Positions 38,794-48,687 of a stretch of 64,000 nucleotides of DNA are shown one piece after another. The notes under the pieces are model-generated. The model was given only the letters and a program-made list of their open reading frames with translations, did not search any database and was not told the DNA's origin. How positions within the stretch are numbered: position 1 is the stretch's first letter; each line of letters starts with the position of its first letter. The DNA is from Desulfobacterales bacterium GWB2_56_26 (GTDB lineage: Bacteria; Desulfobacterota; Desulfobulbia; Desulfobulbales; Desulfocapsaceae). The stretch lies in contig MGTI01000045.1 in the NCBI GenBank assembly GCA_001799365.1, positions 532 to 64,531 of the forward strand. Reading direction: 5' to 3'. A program made the translations under genes and the position numbers.

Positions 38794-39291
38794 TGCCGTT
38801 CCTCAAGTTGCGGTTCGCAGACATAGAAGCTCACTCGGCATGCGTTATCGGAAGATTTTTAGAGCCTTGTCCGAGAAATACAGGTAAGTTAGGAATTATT
38901 CACATTTTCCGGCATGCCGCGCCTATTGTAACGCCGGTTGATCTCCGCGCCAAATCAATTTTTGCAGTTTCCTAGGCCGTATCCAATCCATGTGCCGGTG
39001 ATGAAAAGGATTTTTTGAATTTATGGAATAATTGTGTATAAATCCGCAGTGTTGGTCGATGATCGCGACGTTTAAAAGTAATACTTATGTAAATGATCAT
39101 TTTTATAGACAAAGGCGGACGGAAAAACAAAAAAAAACTATGATAACAGTATTTATCTATTATAATGCCCTGAGGTCAAAATCCTTTACCGACGCATTGT
39201 ATAAATCAATTGCGTACATGCAAACCCGTTTGAAGCTGGTGGCGGGAAAGTGACCGGCGAATTCGGGGCCAATCTTATGGAGGATCGTGGA

Positions 39292-42200
39292 GTGACCAGG
39301 ATTACCCCCCGGCAGGAAAGCAATGAAAGGATAGGTTCAGTACTCGTGGTTGGTTCAGGTATCGGTGGGATGCAGGCATCCCTCGATCTTGCCAACAGCG
39401 GTCTCTTGGTTCATATGATCAACGATGAACCCTCCATTGGCGGTACGATGTCCAGACTGGACAAGACGTTCCCCACCGGGGACTGTGCCATGTGCATGAT
39501 TTCTCCTCGGATGGTTGAATCCAGCCGTCATCCCAATATCAAGATGCATACCATGTCCAGGGTGGTGAGTGTCACAGGAGTCGAGGGAAATTTCACCGTC
39601 ACGCTGGAACAGAAAGCTCGCTATGTCGATCCGGAGCGATGCACCGGTTGCGGTGCCTGCGAACCCGAATGCCCGACCAAGGTCTCTAATTTCTTCAACC
39701 AGGGACTCGACAAGCGGAAAGCCATCTACGCTCTCTTTCCCCAGGCGGTGCCCAACACCCGGGCGATCGATCCTGCCCATTGTCTTTATCTCACCAAGCA
39801 GGTCTGCCGCAAATGCGAAAAGGTCTGTGATGCCAAGGCTATCAATTTCGAAGACCGCGACAAGCAGTTCGAGGTGAAGGTCGGTTCGATCGTCCTGACG
39901 CCCGGACTCAAGACTTACCAGCCCGAAATTCGCCAGGAGCTGGGTTACGGCAGGTTGAAGAACGTGGTGACATCACTGCAATTTGAGCGGCTGCTGTCGG
40001 CCTCCGGCCCCTGCAGCGGGGTGGTCACCCGGCCCTCGGATGGCAAGCATCCCAAGCGGCTCGCCTGGGTGCAGTGCGTCGGCTCGCGCAACGCCCATAA
40101 CGCCAATCCATGGTGTTCCTCGGTCTGTTGTATGTATGCTGCAAAGCAGTCGATCATTGCCAAAGAGCATGACAAGGAAGTGCAGCCGACTATTTTTTAT
40201 ATGGAGCTGCGGGCCTTCGGCAAGGACTTCGACAAGTATATTGATAAGGCCAAACGGGATGCCGGCGTCATCTATAAGCGGGCGATGATCTCCGAGATCG
40301 TTGAGGATCCTCAGACCAAGAATCTGCTTGTCCATTCGGTCGGCGAAGATGGCAAGATGGTCCATGAAGAGTTTGACATGGTTATCCTTTCCATAGGTTT
40401 TGAACCGCGTAGCGATGCCGCCGAATTTTCCAAGATTTTCGGAATCGATACCGACACCTACGGTTTTGCCAAGACCTCCAAGCTGCGGCCGGTTGAGACC
40501 TCGAAAAGAGGGATCTATGTCGCGGGGACCTATCAGGGGCCCAAGGACATTCCTGAGACCGTTATCCAGGGCAGCGGGGCGGCGGCGGGGGCCATGGCGC
40601 TTTTGGGCGACCGGCGGGGCACCGAGGTGACCAAGGTCGTGCTGCCGGACGAGAAGGATGTTACCGCCGATGAAGCCAGGGTCGGGGTCATCGTCTGCCA
40701 TTGCGGGACCAATATTGCCGGCACCGTCGACGTCAAAAGGGTGGCGGAAGCAGCCCTCAAACAACCGGGCGTCGCCCACGCCGAAACGATCATCTACGCC
40801 TGCGCCCCGGATGGGCAGAAGAAGATCCGCGATCTCATCGCCGACAAGAACCTGAACCGGATCGTCGTTGCCTCGTGCACCCCGCGGACCCATTCGCCAC
40901 TCTTCCAGGATACCATTCGCGAGGTCGGGCTCAACAAGTTTCTCTTCGAACTGGCCGATATCCGAGAACAATGTTCCTGGTGTCACATGCACGACAACGA
41001 GAATGCGACCAAGAAGGCCATCGAAATCGTCAACATGATGGTCGCCAAAACCAAACGGTTGTTGCCGGTCACATCTGCTTCGGTCGGTGTGACCCACAAT
41101 GCACTCATCGTCGGGGGCGGCATTGCCGGGATGACCTCCGCACTCTCGCTCAGCGAACAGGGCTATGGGGTGCACCTGGTGGAACGGGCCGATTCCCTGG
41201 GCGGGTTACTGAATAATGTCCGGGCCAACTTAGAGGGCGACGATGTCCAGGCGTTTCTCGCCGAGACAAAGCGCAAGGTGGAAGAAGATCCTGCTATTAC
41301 CGTTCATCTCGGCGCCACGGTCGACAAAGTCGACGGCTTTGTCGGCAACTTCGTAACGACGCTCACGAGCGGCCAGTCCGTGAATCACGGCGCGCTCATC
41401 GTCGCCACCGGCGGCTCGGAGTATGCGCCGGTCGAATACGGCTATAACGAATCAGAAAAGGTCATCACCCAGCGCGAGCTGGAGCACATGTTGTCCGAAA
41501 AAGGTCCTGAAAATAACAAGTGTTACGTGATGATCCAGTGTATCGGTTCGCGCGAGGAACCGAACAACTATTGCTCCCGGATCTGTTGCCAGGATGCCCT
41601 GAAAAACAGCATTGCCATCAAGGAGAAGGCCCCTGATGCCCAAGTGGTGGTCCTGTACCGCGATATGCGCTCTTACGGGTTGAAAGAGGATTATTACCGC
41701 AAGGCCCGAGACTTAGGCGTGCTCTTCTTTCTTTATACTCCAGACGACAAGCCCCGGGTGGAACCTGCGGGCGACAAGATCAAAGTCACCTTTGCCGGCA
41801 AGGTGCTGAACCGGGAAATGGCGGTCGATGCCGATTACGTGGTGCTTTCCACCGGCCTCAGACCGCAGCCGGACGGCGACGAGTTTGCCAAAAAATTTAA
41901 ACTGACCTGTAATATCGACGGCTTTCTTCTGGAAGCTCATGTCAAACTGCGCCCCGTCGATTTTCCCAGCGAAGGCTTTTTTCTGGCAGGACTTGCCCAC
42001 GCGCCGAAAAATCTCGAAGAGACCATCGGCCAGGCCCAGGCAGCCGCCGGCCGGGCGGGGGCACTTTTGTCCCACGAGAGCCTGACGGTTTCCGGAGTCA
42101 TCTCCAAGCATAACCGCGACATCTGCATGTCGTGTCTTGCTTGCGTGAAGAAGTGTCCGTTCGGCGCACCGTTCATCGACGAGGATGGCAAGGTTTCCCA

Positions 42201-42336
42201 TAACGAAGTGAAATGCACGGGTTGTGGGATCTGTGCCGCGACCTGTCCGGCCAAGGCTTATCAGGTCAACTACTTCCGTGACGATCAATTGCTGGCCATG
42301 ATCGACTCCGCCACTGCCATGAACGACGAGTTGTGA
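39292..42336 (+). CDS. hdrA: Large heterodisulfide reductase subunit A-like flavoprotein with two FAD-binding modules
   Basis: VLVVGSGIGG, LDKTFPTGDCAMC, inserted ferredoxin, QCVGSR...CSSVCC, CHCGTNI, ALIVGGGIAG, QCIGSR...CSRICC, C-terminal 2x[4Fe-4S]. Start uncertain: GTG 39292 after GGAGG, or ATG 39277. Confidence 0.92.
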   Translation: MTRITPRQESNERIGSVLVVGSGIGGMQASLDLANSGLLVHMINDEPSIGGTMSRLDKTFPTGDCAMCMISPRMVESSRHPNIKMHTMSRVVSVTGVEGNFTVTLEQKARYVDPERCTGCGACEPECPTKVSNFFNQGLDKRKAIYALFPQAVPNTRAIDPAHCLYLTKQVCRKCEKVCDAKAINFEDRDKQFEVKVGSIVLTPGLKTYQPEIRQELGYGRLKNVVTSLQFERLLSASGPCSGVVTRPSDGKHPKRLAWVQCVGSRNAHNANPWCSSVCCMYAAKQSIIAKEHDKEVQPTIFYMELRAFGKDFDKYIDKAKRDAGVIYKRAMISEIVEDPQTKNLLVHSVGEDGKMVHEEFDMVILSIGFEPRSDAAEFSKIFGIDTDTYGFAKTSKLRPVETSKRGIYVAGTYQGPKDIPETVIQGSGAAAGAMALLGDRRGTEVTKVVLPDEKDVTADEARVGVIVCHCGTNIAGTVDVKRVAEAALKQPGVAHAETIIYACAPDGQKKIRDLIADKNLNRIVVASCTPRTHSPLFQDTIREVGLNKFLFELADIREQCSWCHMHDNENATKKAIEIVNMMVAKTKRLLPVTSASVGVTHNALIVGGGIAGMTSALSLSEQGYGVHLVERADSLGGLLNNVRANLEGDDVQAFLAETKRKVEEDPAITVHLGATVDKVDGFVGNFVTTLTSGQSVNHGALIVATGGSEYAPVEYGYNESEKVITQRELEHMLSEKGPENNKCYVMIQCIGSREEPNNYCSRICCQDALKNSIAIKEKAPDAQVVVLYRDMRSYGLKEDYYRKARDLGVLFFLYTPDDKPRVEPAGDKIKVTFAGKVLNREMAVDADYVVLSTGLRPQPDGDEFAKKFKLTCNIDGFLLEAHVKLRPVDFPSEGFFLAGLAHAPKNLEETIGQAQAAAGRAGALLSHESLTVSGVISKHNRDICMSCLACVKKCPFGAPFIDEDGKVSHNEVKCTGCGICAATCPAKAYQVNYFRDDQLLAMIDSATAMNDEL

Positions 42337-42402
42337 CAATAGAGGTCGGAGTGTGGTGCAGGCAATTGTCGAGTAGGTCAAGTCAACAAGAAGGAATGTA
42401 TA

Positions 42403-42975
42403 ATGGTGATTGACACAGAGAAAATTGAAGAACCGAAAAGTCCGGAAAAGCCGCAGGAGATTCCAGCCGACTGGCAGGCAAATATCCTCGCCTTTGCCTG
42501 CCACTACTGTGCCTTTGCAGCCGCCGACCTTGCCGGTGTAATGAGATTGAAATATCCGCCCAATGTGAAGGTGGTTCGTCTGCCCTGCACAGGAAAACTT
42601 GACCACATCTATATCTTGCGAGCGTTCGAGCGGGGCATCGATGGCGTGTTCGCCGCGGGCTGACTTGAGGGGCAATGTCATTTCCTGGAAGGAAATCTCA
42701 ATGCAGCGAAAAGAGTGAGAAAGATCAAAGGCATGCTACACATGATCGGCATCGATCCGGCCCGCCTTGAGTTTTTTAACCTGTCGGCCGCACAAGGGCC
42801 GCGGTGGGCAGAGATATGCACTGAATTCACTAAAAAAATCAGCGCAATGGGGCCATCCCCCATCTGGTTCGCCCTGCGGAAAAATAAAAAGTCCACGGAA
42901 AATGAAAAACAGGCCGCCCAGGGTGCTGGTGGCGGAACTACCGTTTTTACCGGAGAAGGAGTTGAGACGATATGA
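42403..42975 (+). CDS. mvhD: MvhD-type 2Fe-2S subunit, selenocysteine-containing (190 aa; UGA at 42661-42663)
   Basis: Track ORFs 42403-42663 and 42715-42975 are in frame: FACHYC...PCTG...GVFAAG-U-LEGQCHFLEGN. The UGA is at the conserved cluster-ligand Cys of GCxxGxCH. Confidence 0.9.
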
Positions 42976-43634
42976 TAGTAGGACAGCAGAAACCGTTTGA
43001 AGAAATATGGGGGATGGTCAAAGACCATAAACAGCTGACCGTCTTCGGCTGTAATACCTGTGTTGCCGTGTGCCAGCAGGGTGGGAACAAGGAGGCGGAA
43101 ATCCTGGCCTCCCTGCTGCGGATGCGGGCGACACAGGAGGGGCTCGATATGGATATCAAAAGCGGCGGTATCGAGCGGCAGTGCGAGCATCCCTTTTTCG
43201 AGTCGGCCAAGGATCTTCTCGACCGATCCGAAGCTGTGCTCAGCATGGCCTGCGGCATCGGCGTCCAGTTCATCGCGTCCAAATACATGACGACCCCGGT
43301 TTATCCGGCGCTCAACACCACTTTTTTGGGCGACGTACAGACCGACTGGCACTTCACCGAAAAATGCCAGGCCTGCGGCGATTGTATCCTTGGCATAACC
43401 GGCGGCGTCTGCCCGGTCAGCCGCTGCGCCAAGCGGCTGTTCAACGGCCCGTGCGGCGGGTCGGCGAAAGGCAAGTGCGAGATCTCCAAGGATCTTGACT
43501 GTGCCTGGCAGCTGGTGGTGGATCGGTTGGAGGCGCTGGGAAAACTGGATGATTATGAGAAGCTTGCTCCTATCAAGGACTGGTCAAAGGATCGTGCCGG
43601 CGGCCCCCGATCATTTAAACTGGAGGACTTTTAA
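42972..43634 (+). CDS. metV: Methylenetetrahydrofolate reductase small (Zn/Fe-S) subunit
   Basis: GCNTCVAVC, ERQCE, ACGIGVQ, CQACGDC, CPVSRCAKRLFNGPCGG, CAW; coupled to mvhD and metF. Confidence 0.92.
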   Translation: MIVGQQKPFEEIWGMVKDHKQLTVFGCNTCVAVCQQGGNKEAEILASLLRMRATQEGLDMDIKSGGIERQCEHPFFESAKDLLDRSEAVLSMACGIGVQFIASKYMTTPVYPALNTTFLGDVQTDWHFTEKCQACGDCILGITGGVCPVSRCAKRLFNGPCGGSAKGKCEISKDLDCAWQLVVDRLEALGKLDDYEKLAPIKDWSKDRAGGPRSFKLEDF

Positions 43635-43636
43635 TC

Positions 43637-44569
43637 GTGGAACTGAAAACCAAAAGCAAACTCGAGAAGGTCTTCAAAAGTGGTCAACTTGCTGTAACCA
43701 GTGAGTGCGGTCCGCCTCGTTCCAGCGATCCCGAGCATATCATCAAAAAAGGCCATATAATCAAGAACCATGTCGATGCCATCAATATCACCGACAACCA
43801 GACCTCGGTGACCAGGCTGTGCAGTCTCGCCTCCTGCATCCATCTGAAACTGGAAGGCATGGAGCCTGTCCTGCAGATGGTGGTGCGAGACCGGAACCGC
43901 ATCGCCCTGCAAAGCGATATCCTCGGGGCGGCGTCGTTTGGCATCAACAATATGCTTTGTCTCTCCGGCGATCATCAGAGCTTCGGCGACCACCCCAAGG
44001 CGCAGAATGTTTTCGACCTCGATTCGATGCAACTGATTCAGACGGTTCGCCATATGCGCGACGAAGGCAAGTTCCTGGGCGGCGAGGAAATCAAAGTGCC
44101 ACCGAATCTTTTTGTCGGGGCCGCGGCCAATCCCTTTGCCGATCCTTTCAAGATTCGGGTGCCGCGATTGGCCAAGAAGATTGCCGCGGGCGCCGAATTC
44201 ATTCAGACCCAGTGCGTCTACAATCTCGAAAAATTCGAGCTGTGGATGAAGGGCGTGGTGGAGCGGGGGCTGCATGAGAAGGTCTTCATTATGCCCGGCA
44301 TCACCCCCATGCGGTCTGTGGGTATGGCGAAGTACATGGCGCGGGCCGTACCCGGTATGGATGTTCCGGAAGAGCTGATCAAGCGTTTGTCGGGAGTGCC
44401 CAAGGAAAAACAGGCGGAGGAAGGTATAACCATTGCCGTCGAAGCTATCCAGCGGTTGAGAGAAGTCAAAGGTGTGGCCGGATTTCACATCATGGCTATC
44501 GAATGGGAAGATAAGGTCCCGGAAATTGTCGAGCGGGCGGGACTTTACCCGCGGCCGAAATTCGACTGA
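43637..44569 (+). CDS. metF: Methylenetetrahydrofolate reductase
   Basis: TSECGPP, INITDNQ, RDRNRIALQSDILGA, LSGDH, KKIAAGAEFIQTQ, GFHIM. Confidence 0.95.
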   Translation: MELKTKSKLEKVFKSGQLAVTSECGPPRSSDPEHIIKKGHIIKNHVDAINITDNQTSVTRLCSLASCIHLKLEGMEPVLQMVVRDRNRIALQSDILGAASFGINNMLCLSGDHQSFGDHPKAQNVFDLDSMQLIQTVRHMRDEGKFLGGEEIKVPPNLFVGAAANPFADPFKIRVPRLAKKIAAGAEFIQTQCVYNLEKFELWMKGVVERGLHEKVFIMPGITPMRSVGMAKYMARAVPGMDVPEELIKRLSGVPKEKQAEEGITIAVEAIQRLREVKGVAGFHIMAIEWEDKVPEIVERAGLYPRPKFD

Positions 44570-44601
44570 CGGGACATTGCAGGACAAGAGGGGTTGTTAA
44601 A

Positions 44602-44796
44602 ATGTGTCAGACCAGTGTGTTTCAGGAAAAGGCCGGCGGCGTTGAGCTGCTCTTGGAAAACGTCACCAGCCTTGAGGTTTTGGCGGACGGTTTGAGGATC
44701 GCAAGCCTGTTCGAGGGAGCAAGGGAATTTCCGGGTATGGCTATCCGGCGAATCGATTTCACCGCCGGGAAAGTCTTCCTCTATGAAAGAAAATAA
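44602..44796 (+). CDS. cooT: CooT-family nickel-binding protein
   Basis: 64 aa with Cys at position 2; pattern MC...ELLLENV...SLF...IRRIDF..GKV. Confidence 0.8.
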   Translation: MCQTSVFQEKAGGVELLLENVTSLEVLADGLRIASLFEGAREFPGMAIRRIDFTAGKVFLYERK

Positions 44797-44832
44797 TACA
44801 GCCGGTTTCAGGCTGCGATAACTGGAGAAGGT

Positions 44833-45093
44833 ATGGACAATGTTGAAAAGCTGCGGGTCATGCTGCAGCATTGGATAGAACACAACAAAGGCCACATGGA
44901 AGAGTTTACTAAGTGGCAAGAGACTATGGCCGGTGAGGGCAAGACTTCGCTTGCCGCTCATATCGCCAAGGCGATTGAAATGATGGTCGGAATGAACGAG
45001 GAACTCCATCAGGCCCTGCATGAGGCGGGGGGGCATGGGCACGATGATGATCACCATCACCATCATCACCACCACCATCATCACCACGATTGA
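44833..45093 (+). CDS. His-rich putative nickel chaperone (CooJ-like), 86 aa
   Basis: HWIEHNKGH helical motif and a C-terminal GHGHDDD followed by 12 consecutive His; GGAG RBS. Confidence 0.8.
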   Translation: MDNVEKLRVMLQHWIEHNKGHMEEFTKWQETMAGEGKTSLAAHIAKAIEMMVGMNEELHQALHEAGGHGHDDDHHHHHHHHHHHHD

Positions 45094-45158
45094 TAGAGTG
45101 AAATACCGGGAGAGCGGGCGATGGAACCCCTCGATTGCTCTCCCGGCTGAAAAAAAAT

Positions 45159-45193
45159 AAAGCGGAAGAAACGAGCTTCGTTTCTTCCGCTTT
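45159..45193. terminator. Bidirectional terminator between the hdrA-metVF operon and folD
   Basis: AAAGCGGAAGAAACGA-gct-TCGTTTCTTCCGCTTT; a second hairpin CCGGGAGAGC...GCTCTCCCGG lies at 45106-45146. Confidence 0.75.
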
Positions 45194-45245
45194 GTTGTTT
45201 GCCGCAGGCAGTAAGAGTTGCCAACGGTTTTCATCACAGCACGGC

Positions 45246-46142
45246 TTATTTCAACCCGAGGCTTCTCTTGGCTGAGGAGAGGGTATTTTTCATCAGCATG
45301 GTGATGGTCATCGGGCCGACGCCACCGGGTACCGGAGTGATTTTGCCGGCGATTTCTTTGGCTTTGTCGAAATCGACATCGCCTTTTAGGATCGCTTTGC
45401 CGGTTTTTTCATTCATGCCGACGCGATTAACACCGACATCGATAACGGTAGAACCCGGTTTGATCCACTCGGGCTTGACCAGATCCGGGACACCGGCGGC
45501 GACAATGAGAATGTCCGCCCTGCGGCAATGGGCAGCAAGATCCTTGGTGCGGGTGTGGACGATAGTCACGGTGCTGTTGGCGCCTCGCCCTTTTTGGGCC
45601 ATCATCATGGCGATCGGTTTGCCGACGATATTTGACCGACCGACAACAACCACTTCGGCGCCGGAGGTTTCAGTGCCGGAACGGACAATCAGTTCCTGGA
45701 TGCCGGCGGGGGTACAGGGCAGGAAGCGGACTTCGTCGCCACCGATCATCAGCCGGCCGACGTTGACGGGATGGAAGGCATCGACATCCTTGTCCGGATT
45801 GATGGCATTCAGAACTTTTTTGTCATCAATATGTTTCGGCAACGGCAACTGCACCAGAATGCCGTGGATAGCCGGATCGTTGTTGTATTTTTCGATCAGA
45901 GCCAGCAGATCGGCCTCGGAGATGGTCTCCGGCTGATCGTCCTGGATTTCGTTGAATCCCACACTGATGGCGGTTTTGACCTTCAGGGTGACATAGCTGA
46001 TGGATGCGGGACTCTTGCCGACGAGAATAGTTACCAGACCGGGGACCTTGCCGGTTTTGGCCTTCATTTGCTCGACTTCCTGTTTGATCTCGGCAAGAAT
46101 TTCTTCTCTTATTTTGGTACCACTAATAATTTCAGCAGTCAT
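45246..46142 (-). CDS. folD: Bifunctional methylene-THF dehydrogenase/cyclohydrolase
   Basis: HGILVQLPLP, KDVDAFHP, PCTPAG, GRSNIVGKP, IDVGVNR, ITPVPGGVGPMT. Confidence 0.97.
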   Translation of the reverse strand: MTAEIISGTKIREEILAEIKQEVEQMKAKTGKVPGLVTILVGKSPASISYVTLKVKTAISVGFNEIQDDQPETISEADLLALIEKYNNDPAIHGILVQLPLPKHIDDKKVLNAINPDKDVDAFHPVNVGRLMIGGDEVRFLPCTPAGIQELIVRSGTETSGAEVVVVGRSNIVGKPIAMMMAQKGRGANSTVTIVHTRTKDLAAHCRRADILIVAAGVPDLVKPEWIKPGSTVIDVGVNRVGMNEKTGKAILKGDVDFDKAKEIAGKITPVPGGVGPMTITMLMKNTLSSAKRSLGLK

Positions 46143-46231
46143 ATCAGGCTCCTTTCTAGATATTGTAAAAAGATCAAGGAAAAAGGGGCGAATGGCTTGG
46201 CCAGCCGCCCCTTGCTGTTCATTATCAGTGC

Positions 46232-48007
46232 TTAGAACACACCTTGGACCTTGCCGGTTTCCACGTCGACGTCAACACGCTTGAATGCCGGGTTGGAGCT
46301 TGTTCCAGGCATAAGGCTGATGGCGCCGGCAACGGGAACGATAAATCCGGCACCGCCATAGGTGAGAACTTCCCTGATGGTCAGGCGCCAGCCGGTGGGC
46401 ACGCCTTTCAGCGCCGGATTGTCGGACAGTGACAGGTGGGTTTTCACCATGCACATACCAAGGTTGGCGAGCTTGGGGTCTGCCTGAATTCTGGCAATAG
46501 CCTTGTTGGCATCGGCTGAGTAGTCGACTCCGTCGGCACCGTATACTTCCTTGGCGATGAGTTCGATTCTCTCTTTGATCGGCATAGAGAGGTCATACAG
46601 CAGCTTGAACTGGGATTTTTCTTCGCAGGCCTCAACGACGGTCTTGGCGAATTCGATGGCGCCGTCGCCGCCTTTTTCCCAATGCCTGGACAGTGCCACG
46701 CGGGAGCCCTCTGCTTCGCACAGCTCACGAACCTTGGCAATTTCCGCATCGGTGTCGGTGTAGAAGGCGTTGATGCAGACAACCGAAGGAATTCCTGCCT
46801 TACGGACGTTTCTGATATGATGGATGAGGTTGCCGCAGCCCTTGGCTACCCACTCGACGTTTTCGGTCTTATACTCGACCGGCATTGCCTTGCCGGGGAC
46901 AGGAACGGGAGCACCGCCGTGGCATTTGAGTGCCCGGATGGTGGCGACGATAACTACGCAGTTCGGGATGAGGCCGGAGTAACGGCACTTCAGATTCCAG
47001 AATTTCTCGAAGCCGATATCGGCCCCGAAGCCTGACTCGGTGACATGGTAGTCGGCGAGTTTCAGACCGATCCGGTCGGCGATGATCGAGCTCTGGCCGA
47101 TGGCGATATTGGCGAAAGGACCGGCATGAACGATAACCGGCTGGCCTTCCAGGGTCTGCATGAGAGAAGGATTGATGGCATCGACCATCCACGCGGTCAT
47201 AGCGCCGGCAACCTGCAGGTCTTCGGTAGTGATCGCTTTGCCGGTCTTCGAGTAGGCAACGACGATCCTGCCCATTCTTTCGCGCATGTCTTTCAGGTCG
47301 GTGGCCATAGCCAGGATGGCCATAACCTCTGAAGATACTGCAATACCGAATTTTGATTTCATCATGAAGCCATCGGTTTTGCCGTTCACGCCGTCAATAC
47401 CGATGATGATGTTCCGGAGAGACTGGCAGCAGAAATCCATGACCCAGCCCATAGCCACATTGGTCGGGTCAATGTCGAGGCGCTTCATGCCGGAGAGTCT
47501 TTCCAGCTGCTCGTCATTGTAGTTTCTTTCATGCTGCATTCTGGATGTCAAGGCGACCATGGCCAGGTTGTGGGCATTCATGATGGCATTGATGTCTCCG
47601 GTGAAGCCGAGAGAGAAGGGAGTCAATGGAATGCACTGGGCGAGACCGCCGCCGGCAGCTGATCCTTTGATGTTCATGGTCGGACCGCCGGAAGGTTGAC
47701 GGATGGCCGCACAGACACTTTTTCCGATTTTGCCGAGACCCTGAACGAGACCCATGGAAGAAGTGGATTTACCCTCGCCAAGCGGAGTCGGGGTGATGGC
47801 GGTCACGTCGATGTATTTGCCGTCCGGTTTGTCTTTCAGCCGCTTCAGTACCTTCTTGAAATCGATCTTGGCAATGTAGTGACCCTGGGGAAGCAGTTCC
47901 TCCTTGGTCAATCCAAGCTTCTCGCCGATCTCATAGATCGTCAACATCGTTTTCTCTGCATCTTGCGCTATTTCCCAGTCCGCATGTTTGGTAGGATCTA
48001 AGACCAT
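46232..48007 (-). CDS. fhs: Formate--tetrahydrofolate ligase
   Basis: [64 protein letters not shown]. Confidence 0.97.
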   Translation of the reverse strand: MVLDPTKHADWEIAQDAEKTMLTIYEIGEKLGLTKEELLPQGHYIAKIDFKKVLKRLKDKPDGKYIDVTAITPTPLGEGKSTSSMGLVQGLGKIGKSVCAAIRQPSGGPTMNIKGSAAGGGLAQCIPLTPFSLGFTGDINAIMNAHNLAMVALTSRMQHERNYNDEQLERLSGMKRLDIDPTNVAMGWVMDFCCQSLRNIIIGIDGVNGKTDGFMMKSKFGIAVSSEVMAILAMATDLKDMRERMGRIVVAYSKTGKAITTEDLQVAGAMTAWMVDAINPSLMQTLEGQPVIVHAGPFANIAIGQSSIIADRIGLKLADYHVTESGFGADIGFEKFWNLKCRYSGLIPNCVVIVATIRALKCHGGAPVPVPGKAMPVEYKTENVEWVAKGCGNLIHHIRNVRKAGIPSVVCINAFYTDTDAEIAKVRELCEAEGSRVALSRHWEKGGDGAIEFAKTVVEACEEKSQFKLLYDLSMPIKERIELIAKEVYGADGVDYSADANKAIARIQADPKLANLGMCMVKTHLSLSDNPALKGVPTGWRLTIREVLTYGGAGFIVPVAGAISLMPGTSSNPAFKRVDVDVETGKVQGVF

Positions 48008-48687
48008 GGTTCACTCCTTTGTTGGATTGAGGCTCGGGATGAGCCGGTTTTAAAGGTTGCAACGGTTTTAAACGTAGTGTGAAACATTGAAACAGAAAGT
48101 GCTGCGAAGAAATAACAAGACCGGAACCGGTCGTGAGTGCGATGTGGATTGGCTTCTAAAGCCGGCAAAATCATATAAAAGTCTCTCCGGAAGATTGACC
48201 AAGACGCCCTCATAGGTTTGTCTGAGGGATTGTCTGAGCAACTGTTCGATCTGACTGAATAACATGAATTTCGTACCATAAATGCCTCCGATTATCAATT
48301 GGTTTTAACGTCAAGGACTTTGTATTAAGACAAATACCCGAAGCGGTTCCCGCATCTGTCGGACACTGGGCGGGAGAGGAAAGCTGAAACTTATAAGTTG
48401 CTAGGTGCATGTTGTGCGGGAAGTGGGCGGATATTGGGAGGAAGTGTTTGGAACGGGCGTCAATCCTAGGCTTTCCGCCGATATAGGGACGTGCCGCTAC
48501 TCGGGGGAAAGGGATCACACTCAAGACGCAGAGTGCCAATAGAAATCCGTTAAGTCAGTCTGGTAGCATCTTTTTTGAAGGAATAAAATGTCAGGCGGAG
48601 GCCTCTTGATGATCTATTGGTAAGGCAGGCACGGGTAAAAAACCTATTTTGTTCCAATTGTGCGATGTTGTGTGCGAATGTTGGATT

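Noticed and set aside
31378-42975. fdhA, the DUF166 gene and mvhD as nonsense-mutation pseudogenes
   Set aside because: All three interruptions are TGA, in frame, at Cys-equivalent or Cys-adjacent positions, with intact sequence on both sides. Selenocysteine recoding is more parsimonious.
48008-48687. THF or ZTP riboswitch upstream of fhs
   Set aside because: I could not find the conserved core sequences of either family by eye; an Rfam scan would settle it.
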